Assembly (NCBI RefSeq): GCF_003918875.1
Contig: NW_025766447.1
Span: 3,348,001 to 3,412,000, forward strand
Length of the DNA: 64,000 bases
Reading direction: 5' to 3'
Source: Haliotis rubra
Lineage: Eukaryota
Shown here: positions 1-12,480 of the stretch, piece after piece
Position numbering within the stretch: the stretch's first letter is position 1
How the letters are laid out: every line of letters starts with the position of its first letter
Translations under genes and position numbers: made by a program
Notes under the pieces: model-generated
The model's input: only the letters and a program-made list of their open reading frames with translations
The model's database searches: none
Told to the model about the DNA's origin: nothing

Positions 1-284
1 GCACATACATTCACCATGGCCTTTTTCATATCGTGATCTGAATTCTCTTATTCTATTACAAAGATTTGCACTAGTCAGTTCCATGATCACTTTGTGGAAG
101 TAGGCCCTGATGGAAGTGTGACCGTAATGAGTGACTTATTTAATACTGCATCACCAAGGTACACCTTGCTTTCAGTCAGCTGCCATATAGCTGGAATATT
201 GCTGAGTGCGACGTTAAACAATGACAAACAAACAAAGCTTTCAGTCAGTCATAACGTAAGAAAAATGTTCCTTGTCATTTACAG

Positions 285-324
285 GTATTATTTAGGGAAA
301 TACAAAGCTGACTTACTTCACTGA
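285..324 (+). CDS. Possible terminal coding exon of an upstream gene (..YYLGKYKADLLH*)
   Basis: Pyrimidine-rich acceptor cttgtcatttacag ends at 284; short frame to TGA 322-324; AATAAA downstream at ~583 and ~680. No family recognised. Confidence 0.35.
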
Positions 325-1070
325 CAGAAAGGTAGATCAGTGACCTTGTGAATATGTGATCACAGCTGAACTTTTGCTCCAGTGTTTGACATCTGTATTG
401 TCAGACTACTTCAATGCCAATTCTGCTGCCGGATTAAAACAGTTATTGTACACTGCTGTGTCAAACAGTAACAACTACTGACTGAATCTCGACCCAGGAG
501 CTGTTTTCCTGGACCTTGCCACCTCATTGCTTCCACATTGCTTGGCCAGTCAGGCATGTTGTAGTTTGACACAAGACGTATTAATAAAATAAATAATGTT
601 TTGGTTTTCATAAGTCAGCATGATCCACATCCTAAACTTGTATCAAACTTGTTTTAGAGGATCCTGCAGATCTAAGAATGAATAAAAAGAACAGGTGACA
701 AAGGAAATGGAAACCTTTTGTTTCTTATTTGTAAAATAACATTATTTCATAAAACATTGTGTTGATCAAGTTGTCAGTATTCCTACACTAAGCCAAACTT
801 TATGATGACTATTTCCAGGTGTGTTGGTGTACATATGACATATTGTATGTTATTTATGACTTTTTCATCTATTATTGAACTTGTATCTGTATATATACAT
901 AAATATATAGTGATTGAGTATGTTGGATGAAGGTAATGCCAATCAGCATTCTGCCTGCACCTGAACTATTGAAAGAACAGCTGGGCTTGGAACAGTTGGA
1001 AGTCCTGACAAGTCTTCATTCATGTTTTTCCAAAACCCATATAGTGTCTGCCCAAATTTGATGCCATGTA

Positions 1071-1185
1071 CAGGGATGAGAATATAACGCGGAATTTCAT
1101 AAGGCCAAGGGTAATTTTTGTGAATCGTCTAAATCCGATAGATGCTAAACCCCTGGCTAGTTTTCAGAGTTCATTCTCATCCCTG
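1071..1185. mobile_element. 115-bp MITE with CAGGG termini
   Basis: TIR cagggatgagaat / attctcatccctg; direct repeat catgta on both sides (1065-1070, 1186-1191). Confidence 0.75.
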
Positions 1186-1714
1186 CATGTAGATCAGTAT
1201 GGATATTCTAACATACCTATGCATTGTAGCCACACACGTCACCCAATACAGCGTCTAAAACCTTGGGATATTTCAGTGCCTTGGTTTCTGTCAGGGGATG
1301 CTTTCATGTTGAGTTCAGAACTTTGCTGCAAAATCTTTACAAAAGTTTCATTTCATTTTAATTTATACTGACATGAATCAAAAAAAGTTCTAAGACATTA
1401 ACTGTAACCCATGTGTGTACAACCCATTTCTTTTATGGATCTTAAACCCAGGGTGTTGTTGTTCGTCTATGTTAAGGTATGGGAGTTACGGTCACCTTAA
1501 CACTAAGTTCGCTTTGTACAACGGCACCCTGGTAATTAGCAGCCACATGAAACAGGACTAAGCTGCTGTTGCAAGTTTGTCTATAAGACATGCTTATCTC
1601 TACAGACAGAGTTTGCTAAGGCACATAACCATGTGATTCACACTAATTTACTTTTAATCCTGCATTTCAGAAGACTTGTGTGTTACAGATCTCACCAATA
1701 AAAATAAAATAAAG

Positions 1715-1893
1715 ATTTTTCCTTATCCTGACTCATGATTATTTGCTTTCTCATCCTCTCTTCCGAACGGTCAAGTGGAAACTTGAATCCTTTCAATTCC
1801 CTTGAAGCGAACGTACAATCACTCACCCTCATACCTCCCTTGGTTTCCTGCCAAAACCGGCACGTGACCTCGCCATGTTGGTCCTCTCTCTCT
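1715..1893 (+). repeat. DIRS left ITR
   Basis: Reverse complement of ~5663-5838; 1722-1808 identical, inner part with several mismatches. Confidence 0.9.
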
Positions 1894-2132
1894 CTATCGC
1901 CCTAGCGGACGGTTGGGCAGTCACTTCAGGGTCCTTTCGCGGCTTATAACTTCAAATATTTTGGATATATAGCACAAATTCTACCGTGAATGTGTTTATT
2001 AATATGTTATTTATCATATTATTAACAAAATTTGTACAATTCATGTCAAATTAATTCACATATTACTCCGATACGACAACCCGTAGGGCCTTTTACAGGT
2101 TAGCGAGGTCTAGAGCCATCAACGAGGCGCTG

Positions 2133-2474
2133 ATGTACGCTTTCAATAATCCTAAGACGGAGGAAGAAAAGATGATCCGGTCTACTCTAGTTGTCCAGCG
2201 CAAGGATCAGGAGTTTATCTCCGATCACTTGGCTTCTACATCAGCGGGCATCACTCTTCTACGTCGTCAAGGGTTGCTGAGTTCCTGTACATGGCCAGAT
2301 GTCTACACCAAGCCTCACCTAAGGAAGCCTTGGGCAGTGCCTACTCTGTTTGACGCCGGCATCAGGCAGTTGTCACGTGAAGTATCTCGAGACTCCAAAG
2401 ACTTGATGTTGATCAAGTCCGTCCAGACGATGAACACCATGGTGCGTCAATCAACTCAGCGTAGTCATACGTAG
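2133..2474 (+). pseudogene. DIRS gag-like ORF remnant
   Basis: Sits immediately upstream of the pol frame inside the element; short, so probably 5'-deleted. Confidence 0.55.
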
Positions 2475-2680
2475 TCAGCGTGGTATACAGAGAGCCAAAG
2501 GGAAGAAGTTCCCAGCTACACGTGGCGGCAACATGGGATCCTTTCGTCGTCCCCGTAATAATAGAAGTTACTCAGGCCGAGGACGGGCCTCCAGCGGCGG
2601 CAGGAGATCCCATTACTGAAGGGCAGGTTCTGAGCGACTGGTCGCTTCCAGCCCCAGCCGTTCCTGTAAAACCGTCATCT

Positions 2681-4085
2681 GTGGATGGACGTCTGGGTCT
2701 ATACTGGGAAAATTGGAGAGTACTACAGGACGACTATGTCACAGAAGTCTTACGAGAGGGCTACAGCATACAGTTACAGTCGACGCCACTGTTGACATGT
2801 TAACCGTTGGTCTTCAAGTATCCTCAGCTACAGCGAGACAAGCTCATCGAGGCTATCGAGATGTTGGTGGCAAAAGGTGCTGTAGAAGTCGTCGATGGGC
2901 TGGCTGGTGAATCATCAGAAGTCGGAGTTGGAACCGACCCAAGATCTACAGTTCTTAGGCATCAGATTCCTGACGTCGGAAAATCGCATCCTGGTTCCAG
3001 ACAACCGATGGCAGAACATCCAATCGTGCATACCAGACGCCCTCAACACTCCACTAGATTTGAGAACGTGGCAGCAAATCTTGGGTCTACTGACGTCGGC
3101 ACAGGCTCTCACCCGCAGAGGAAGATTGCAACTTCGTCCGCTACAGAGGTTCCTGATAGCTCATCTAGACAATGTCCAGAAGTTCGCCATCCCACAGCAT
3201 CTAAAGCAATTCCTGCTTTGGTGGACAGTAAGGTCGAATGTCTGCGGCGGAACCTATTTGAGAGAGCCAAATTACAACAGTCATCTCTACGTGGATGCGT
3301 CCCTCCAAGGCTGGGGGGCACATCTCAACGACGAAGTTACAGCAGGGCGGTGGTCACAAACAGAGAACGGTCTGCACATCAATCAGCTAGAACTGAAAGC
3401 AGTAATAGAAGCAGTACTACATTGGGCGCCGCAGTTAAAAGATCAGGTACTGATGATACACACAGATTACTCCACGGTGGCATTTTACATAAATTTGCAA
3501 GGGTCCACGAGATCAGCGCCTCTGCTTCAACTGACGTTCCAGCTGTTCAACATCACAGACGAAATCAACCTGAAGATGAGGGCTTGCCACATCCCAGGGG
3601 CAAAGAACGTCCTAGCAGACGCTCTATCCAAACCAGTACGGCCGTCTCCCACAGAGTGGAAGTTACATCCGGGGGCGTTCCAGTGGATAACAGCCCAACT
3701 CGGCTGCCCTCTCATCGATCTGTTTGCGACCAGTTTCAACAATCAGGTGACAACCTTCGTCTCGCCAGTGCCAGACCTGCTGGCATGGGCTGTCGACGAC
3801 TTAGCCATATCATGGGAAGGAATGAAGGCTTACGCCTTCCCTCCACCGATCCTGCTACCACAAGTACTACGCAAGATCAGCCGGACGAGGGTCCTACAAC
3901 TGACTTTGGTAGCGCCTTACTGGCCAGCGAGACTATGGTTCCCAGACCTCATAGATCATCACGGCGAACCAGTGCTACGACTTCCAGATTGGCCGAATCT
4001 ACTCGTCCATCCTCACACCAAGCAGCGTCACGGCAACCCAAAAGCATCCCAGTTACACATATGGAGCATATCACATACTGCTTAA
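2681..4085 (+). pseudogene. DIRS pol (RT with core deleted, RNase H, adenine-methyltransferase-like tail)
   Basis: GRLGLYWENW..VLREGYSIQL..MLVAKGAVEVV then a frame jump to MGWLVNHQKSELEPTQDLQFLG; RNase H motifs YVDASLQGWG, HINQLELKAV, HIPGAKNVLADALS; MTase-like IDLFAT..YAFPP; in-frame stop at 2801-2803. Confidence 0.9.
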
Positions 4086-5167
4086 AGAGTCGAGGATACT
4101 CCACTAGAGTAGCCAAGGCAGTAACCTTGGCTCTACATAGGTCAGTTTGAACAGTATGCTGTTCGACAAGGGTTCACGGCCAGAAGAGCGACTAATCCAC
4201 AAGTAGCAGATTACTTGTGTCATTTGAGGTCCACTAGACATCTGAAGGGTTCCACATTGTCTACTTACCTTGCGGCAATAAGCTCAGTCATCACCATGAA
4301 GACAGGGGTGAAGTTGACCAAGGTGCCTGAACTTGTAGCCTTGCTGAGATCTTTCAAGTTAGAAGATCAACAACAGAAGTTCAGGGCACCAGCTTGGGAC
4401 CTCAACATAGTACTACAGCACCTCATCAGTGAGGTATATGAGCCGCTGACACAGACGACATTTGAGTTATTAACTCAAAAGACGATATTCCTCCTCGCCT
4501 CGGCTACTACAGCTCGGATGTCAGAGATACACGCCCTTGACTTCAACCGTACGAGATTCGACACGGGAAGAAGGGAAGCAGTCCATCTAGGCCTTAGAGG
4601 GGCTTTATAGCCAAGAACCAGCTACCGGGACAACCAGGTCGTCAATTTTACGTTCCGGCATTATCAACCATACTGGGTCCACAGGACATTCAAGATCTAT
4701 CATTATGCCCGGTCAGAGCGCTGAAAATCTACTTGCAGAGATCTGCTACGAGAAGGAGGAAGTTCAAGCGTCTATTTATCCCACTATCACCCGCTACGAT
4801 GGTGGAAGTCTCCCGTACTACGGTCTCCTTTTGGATCAGAGCGGTGATCCTAAGAGCCTACAAAGCAGCAGGGTTAGAGCCTCCAAGAGCATCTAACCCA
4901 CATGAAGTAAGAGCGTTGGCCTCGACACTCACCCTACGTGGAAATTGCTCAATATCATCTATAATGGAAAGCTGCTTTTGGAAGTCAGACACTGTCTTCG
5001 CTAACCACTACCTGAGAGACATCTCCATGAAAGATGTATCTGGAATACGTCAATCCGGCCCTCTAATCGTAGCGCAGCAACTCACTATGTCACCCTTGTC
5101 ACGCAGTCTCGTTGACGCCAGGCAACTGTTCCATTTAGAGTCCATGTTCCCCTGTCTTACAAGATAA
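4060..5167 (+). pseudogene. DIRS tyrosine recombinase, frameshifted
   Basis: Pieces in three frames: ..RGYSTRVAKAV*, APAWDLNIVL..KTIFLLASATTARMSEI (catalytic R), then LCPVRALKIY..PHEVRALAS..FWKSDTVFANHYLRD (HxxR, W, Y). Breaks near 4150 and 4605. Confidence 0.9.
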
Positions 5168-5508
5168 GTCAGCGCATGAGTGATACGCAGACTCAGTTAT
5201 GGTGATGTTCTTGCCTTAACAGATGGGTCGGGATACCAGTTTCGGTAATGTTCTTACCGCAAACATATTGGGTCGTTGCAGAATATCTAGACAACAAGGC
5301 GTCTAGTATACTAAAGCCACAAAACCTAGGTTTACTTCTAATACGTATGTATAAGAAGGTGGTCCCCCAATTAGCATCAAGAAGATATTGAAGTTAACCA
5401 CAGAAGAAGAAATTTCCCAGGGGGTAAATCAAGCGAACGCTGACGTGAATACAATCATGCAGGGAATCCCGTAGGTGGCTGACCCACCATCTTTCCATTG
5501 GATTCAGT

Positions 5509-5592
5509 AAGCAAATAATCATGAGTCAGGATAAGGAAAAATATGTAATTTTTATGATAAAATTAATATTTTATACTTATCCTGACTCATGA
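5509..5592 (+). other. DIRS internal complementary region (ICR)
   Basis: First part is the reverse complement of the element's 5' end (1715-1748); second part is the reverse complement of its 3' end (5823-5872). Confidence 0.92.
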
Positions 5593-5662
5593 GATGAAGC
5601 CCTCCCAACCGTACCCTCTCACCACACGGGTTTCCCTGTAGACCTGTGTGGGGCATATAACG

Positions 5663-5872
5663 GAGAGAGTGAGGACCAAAGCATGGCGTGGTCACCTGCC
5701 GGTTTGGGCGGGAAACCAAGGGAGGTAATTGAGGGTTAGTGATTGTACGTTCCCTTCAAGGGAATTGAAAGGATTCAAGTTTCCACTTGACCGTTCGGAA
5801 GAGAGGATGAGAAAGCAAATAATCATGAGTCAGGATAAGTATAAAATATTAATTTTATCATAAAAATTACAT
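5663..5872 (-). repeat. DIRS right ITR with 3' extension
   Basis: Inverted copy of left ITR plus ~34-bp extension tataaaatattaattttatcataaaaattacat. Confidence 0.9.
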
Positions 5873-6444
5873 TATTTTTACAGTATGATATTCTTTTTTT
5901 CAAACATTATTTAATTACTTGTTAATTACCATATTTAATCTTGGCTATGACTTTCATACACTCTTTCACTATTTGGATGTATGTAAATTCCTAGAATCCA
6001 CCCTCTTTCTGAGGACCTCCCCTTTGTGTATTAAATTTCTGGTGAAATCTCTTCAGCCAAGGAAGTTTCAAACTGCATTTTTATGTCAAAGTTCAAAGTC
6101 ACCCGTGACATGTAACATTAGTATCTTACTTTCTTTTGAATCTGGTGCAAGTATCATTTCACTACAGTGTATATATTTCATGTAGATCTAAGGAATTCTT
6201 TTGGCTCATGTAATGTGAAGGTCAAAGGTCAACATCAAAGGTCAAGGTCACAAGACCAATGCCATGTTCAGGATGGGGCCTTGCTTTGGGAAAGGCTTGG
6301 TAAATATGAAAGGGCAAAGTCAGCATTCAGTTTCTTGTAAAACATGGTTATAACATTGTCACTGACAGTCACTCTCACACTTTGTCAAGTGTAATTGGTG
6401 GGTCCTCCATTTTTGCGAGTAACACCTCTCAATAAAATATGAAT

Positions 6445-6985
6445 CACCCAAGCTCTTTAAAAATATAACAGTATATGTTAACTTGCATGGCCCAAACTCT
6501 GTAAAGACAGAAGGGTACATATTTATTTGCAAGACTCACATGTTTATTGTGTGACCCAAGCTCTGTAAAGATACAAGGGTACATGTTTACTTGCATGACC
6601 CAAGCTCTGTAAAGATACAAGGGTACATATTTATTTGCAATACCCACATGTTTATTGTGTGACCCAAGCTCTGTAAAGATACAAGGGTACATATTTATTT
6701 GCAAGACCCACATGTTTATTTTCGTGACCCAAGCTCTGTAAAGATACAAGGGTACATGTTAATTTGCAAGACCCACGTGTTTATTTGCGTGAAACAAACT
6801 CTCTAACCATACATGGCTCTGTAAAGATGCAGGTGTACATGTTTGTTTGCATGACCCAGGCTCTGTAGAGATACAAGGGTACATGTTTATTTGCAAGACA
6901 CACATATTTATTTGTGTGACCCAAGCTCAGTAAAGGTACAGGTGTACATGTTTACTTGCATGACCCAAGCTCTGTAAAGGTACAG
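6445..6985. repeat. Minisatellite with ~44-bp and ~65-bp unit variants
   Basis: Recurring acccaagctctgtaaagatacaagggtacat core. Confidence 0.9.
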
Positions 6986-8157
6986 AGAGTGGCTGACATA
7001 TATGTTGGTGTTAGTAGATGATGTATGGAGAGCCTAATGTGATGCCTGTCTCTCATGTGGTGAACACTGCCACTGTTTCCCTTTACCTCTTCTAGATGAC
7101 TGTTGTACTTTTATTGTTGTTGTGTACAGTTGATACATACTCATTGTGTAAGGCTATAAAATTTGTTACAGAAGAACTTGTTTTCAAAAGGCAAGTGTCC
7201 ATATTGTCACTGTCCATGAATGAACATTTTTAGTGTGTATTTACAAAGCAATATTCTGCCAGTAATTATTTGCACAATATAAATTTGAAGTAAATTATGA
7301 ACGATCAAATCTCTCTGATGTTTTGTGTTTCAGTCTATTCAAAAACTTCTTTTCAATTTCATGCTTTAATTAGAATGTTTATGTCCATATTTTGAAGTCT
7401 GGATGTAATGATTTTGAACATTGTCATTTCAGTTGATGTATTGCTCTACCTCTGGACTGTTGTCTTGTATTCTGTTGTCAGACCGTGTATGTCAGTGGCC
7501 TTCATGTAGTGCGGAAAGTCACAAGAACATTGATAGTGGATTTACTGTAGTGAAGGCTGGTAAAAGGATATAGCTTCCCTCCATGTCCTCCATAACTACT
7601 CATTCCCATCTTTTTAACTATTTATGACGGAAACACCTGTTGTTGGGTAATCATGCCATTTCTCGATTGTCATCACAGTAAGACATGTAAAATATTTGCT
7701 TTCCATATCTGAAATTGATATTTCTGTTATATAAAGAAGTCTGTAGTTTGGGGCTGAGATCTTTACAGTTTGTCAGGGTGCGTTCCAAGGAGTTCCTTTT
7801 CTCCCATTAAATGACAACTACCTTGTACCACTAGTTTTTAACACAAAGACTTGCAATGCACAAAACATCTTCTTAATCTGGATATTTCATATACTTTTGA
7901 AACAAGATTTTGTTTATTTCAGTGAGAATAGTCATTTTTGTTTAGTAGCTGGGTAACAATTTTAAACTATTAGCAATACCGACATTCAGTGTGATCTTGT
8001 AGACAATGGGTACAAACTGCCCTTTCTCAGTCGTACAACCAGGTACTGATGTATTGTAGTACATATTCTCAGTCATTCCGTTTGACAACATGGAATTTAA
8101 AACAAGTGGCATCCACTTTGTTGTGGCATGTTGTGAAAAAAATTATGGCTTCATTGC

Positions 8158-8787
8158 CAGTCTAAGTAAACTTTAGGCTCAGTATTATTCGTTACACTGC
8201 TATACTGAGTCTAACAAAACCTTGTGGAAGGTCGCGTCAGGTAACCTTTGAGCGACCTATGACCGTCCAATCAAATGCGAGACCACCGAACGGATTTAAC
8301 CAATCAGACAACGGCTACTATTTAGGGTTTAGCGGGACTTACAAAATGGATTTTCTCTTCCCCGGTCGCCAACACTGATCTCATAACAAATGAAAACCCG
8401 CATAAAACCGTATTATATGACCTGCAGAATATACGCTTTAGGGTTTCTGTTGACGTGGCTATCATTAGCTAATATTTCCACAAGCTGACATCCTTGAATA
8501 CTGACAAAACGCTTTTCTCAGCGACTGTTTACTCACTCTTGTGGCGTGCTCCATGTGCATCACTCAGAAGCGATCGTACGGAAAATAGCATTCGGAATCG
8601 TTCGGGTACAAAAAAAAATTGAGGTAAAAGTTCAAAAGGTATGTGCGAATGTCAACTTTCGCGATTTGGTAAGCTGTGTTCTGATTGGTCCATTGACAAG
8701 GTCAGCTGATGCGACCTTCCACAAGGTTTTGTTAGACTCCGTATAGCAGTGTAACGAAAAATACTGAGCCTAAGTTTACTTAGACTG
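8158..8787. mobile_element. 630-bp non-autonomous DNA transposon with long TIRs
   Basis: ~80-bp TIR cagtctaagtaaact..cttgtggaaggtcgc mirrored at ~8705-8787; direct repeat gcttcattgc at 8148-8157 and 8788-8797. Confidence 0.9.
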
Positions 8788-9479
8788 GCTTCATTGCTTA
8801 AGGTGAAATTAGGAGCTTCTGGCTATAAGGCATGATGTGTTCAGGTGAGAGGCCTACGTGTGATTTCTAGTTGTCAACATTTGAAGGTTGTAGTCAGTAT
8901 AGTACTGTATAGTTTAAAGCTCTTACTGTTGTGAGGAGTGCCAGGAAAGCAGTACTGAGGTCACTGAATGTGCTCAACTGTCAATTACGATTATGTGATA
9001 ATCCCAAATTTTATGATAATAAACATACATCAAACATCACTTTGCTGCTGTTATTCACCTAAATACTTGACATGGGATTTAATGTCAAGTTCAAAATTTT
9101 TACAGGACGTCAGATAGTATATAAATATACAATTTATATTAAAATTTTGAATTATATAGCAAAATGCATGTACATGTGTGATTGCATGCATGATTATCAT
9201 GTTTGTAGTGCTACCTGATTGAGATAGCATTTAGCTGTTATAACAAGAATGCCCCTCTCAGGTAGTATATTGACCAATCTGTTTCATCCGCATGAGTGTT
9301 AACCCCATTTCTGGTGTCCCCCGCCGTGGTATTGCTGGAATATTGCTAAAAGTGGCGTAAAACTAAAATCACTCGCTCATCCGCATGACGCAGAGTGCCA
9401 GGCAGGGTAACAACAAGTACCATCTTTTTGTATGCACAAAAATTGAAGAGTTCAGAAATTGTTTCATCTGAACTGTCAA

Positions 9480-9711
9480 GACCCATGAAGATGCGGGATT
9501 GATCTTCAGTAACCCATGCTTGTCATACGAAGCGACTAACAGGATCAGGTGGTCTGACTCACTGACTTGGTTGACACATGCCGCCGTATCCCACTTGTGT
9601 AGGTCGATGCTCATGCTGTTGATCACTATATTGTCTGGTCCAGACCACGGCCATATACCCGGTAGCTGGAATATTGTGAAGGGTGGCGTAAAACTAAACT
9701 CACTCACTCAC
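9480..9711 (+). mobile_element. Family B short retroposon, full length
   Basis: Starts gacccatgaagat, ends (actc)n; 13-bp TSD tctgaactgtcaa (9467-9479, 9712-9724). Confidence 0.85.
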
Positions 9712-10101
9712 TCTGAACTGTCAACTATGAGGTCAATCCGACCTTCAGATCGTGATGACACAATGAACCTTTCAAGCCTTCTTTGTTTCCACAAGCATTT
9801 CCTACTGCAGACACAATCCAGAGTTACTCAAGAACACACTGTATGAAACATTACAAGACAACATACTAAATAAAATTATTTATTTCTCACTCCAGTCAGT
9901 CTATACATACACTCGAGTACCATAAACACTTAACAGTGGTCAACACTAACGCCTTAACAGTCAATGTTTTAAAGAGTCTTGAGATGACATCATGGAACAG
10001 ATCCAATAACATGATGTGTCACATTGAGATGATCCAAATTTTCCGGTAGCCCTTCACATTCACACAGCCTCTCATTGTTCAAGGTGGAGCAGATGAGTTG
10101 T

Positions 10102-11305
<1,204 letters not shown>

Positions 11306-12202
11306 GGTTTCTGAAATTAACATTGAAGGTACTATTAGACATGATTGACTGAACAAAGTCAATTAGATATAAGGACAACAATTACAGGTGCAGTCATGGA
11401 CTTTCTTTGCCATTCAGTAGTATCTAAAAAAAACACCCAGATATGAAATGTGTTAAATAGGCAAGACTACCCCAACTCTGGATCCTTGAATGAAGATAAT
11501 GTCTGTCAGACATATTCAACAGATCTCCAGATCTTAGTCTCAGTACTATTCGTTACTACTCAGTATAGTAGGGTCACGAATAATACTGAGGCTATGTTTA
11601 CTTAGACTGATGGTACACTGGAAGCAGTACTATACACAAGTATATTGTCATATTGATTATATAGTAGTGTTTATTTAGAAATAAGATCATGCAATATGTG
11701 TAACAATTTCTCACTTCCAATATGTTATCTAAATCCAAATCAACAGTCTACTATTAGGCCTCTAACTGTTACATATTGGCTTATGAGTATTAGATATGTA
11801 ACAGTAAGTAAATTTCATCATCATAGTTGCAGCTCCAGTGAATCTGAACTTTTATGATAACGTTAACGCATCGCACACCAACAATATGGTGAAGCGAAAT
11901 ACTAAAAAAAGCAAAACACATTGTGTATCACAACAGACGGACTGGCAGTCTGAGATGCGAGATGAAATACAGATCAAGCTGACAACTGTACCAGTGCTTG
12001 TGACACGTCACACAAACTGGGCATACGCTTACATTAAATACACACAACTAAATAATCTACATAATCTGTTTTAACGAAAACATCAACATTGAAGGACATT
12101 GTAGCAAACAGAAAACATTTTAATAAATCAGTATTCAACTCACCTTGTAAATATTTCAAGTAGTTCTACCGGCCGTGTTAAATTTTCTGACTGATATAGC
12201 TA

Positions 12203-12285
12203 CCGGAAGTGACGGAAAGAAAGAGTGACGTCTTGACACATACGATCTGATTGGCCAAACGGAAATGTGCTCGATTTTACATTGG
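12203..12285 (-). promoter_or_regulatory. Putative SEC61G promoter: ETS/CRE-half composite, CRE-like site, two CCAAT boxes
   Basis: CCGGAAGTGACG 12203-12214, TGACGTCT 12226-12233, ATTGG 12250-12254 and 12281-12285, directly upstream of inferred exon 1. Confidence 0.6.
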
Positions 12286-12442
12286 TCGAAGCAGGTGCGT
12301 GTCAGTTCATTTCGGCGTGTGAACAGTTATCTCCCTTTGTAAGATCCAATACGCTCTCTCGTCAGGGTTCACGTGAGCAAAGTCGAACTGACAATCTTAC
12401 CCCATCATCCAAGTGCATTTTGATTCAGTTGGTCACTACAAT

Positions 12443-12480
12443 CAGGGAGACTATATAATATATGTTGTAGAGTATCCCTG
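12443..12480. mobile_element. 38-bp TIR-TIR remnant with 7-bp TSD
   Basis: ctacaat|CAGGGAGACT...AGTATCCCTG|ctacaat. Confidence 0.65.

Larger units (their letters stand above)
1715..5872 (+). mobile_element. DIRS1-like tyrosine-recombinase retrotransposon, defective (internal deletions, stops, frameshifts)
   Basis: Inverted terminal repeats (~1715-1893 and ~5663-5872), internal complementary region 5509-5592, and gag-like, RT-RNaseH-methyltransferase-like and tyrosine recombinase frames in DIRS order. Confidence 0.95.

Noticed and set aside
2807-4150. 447-aa ORF as an independent host gene
   Set aside because: It overlaps DIRS pol. Its start is the RT N-terminus and its end leads into the recombinase; long overlapping frames are normal in DIRS.
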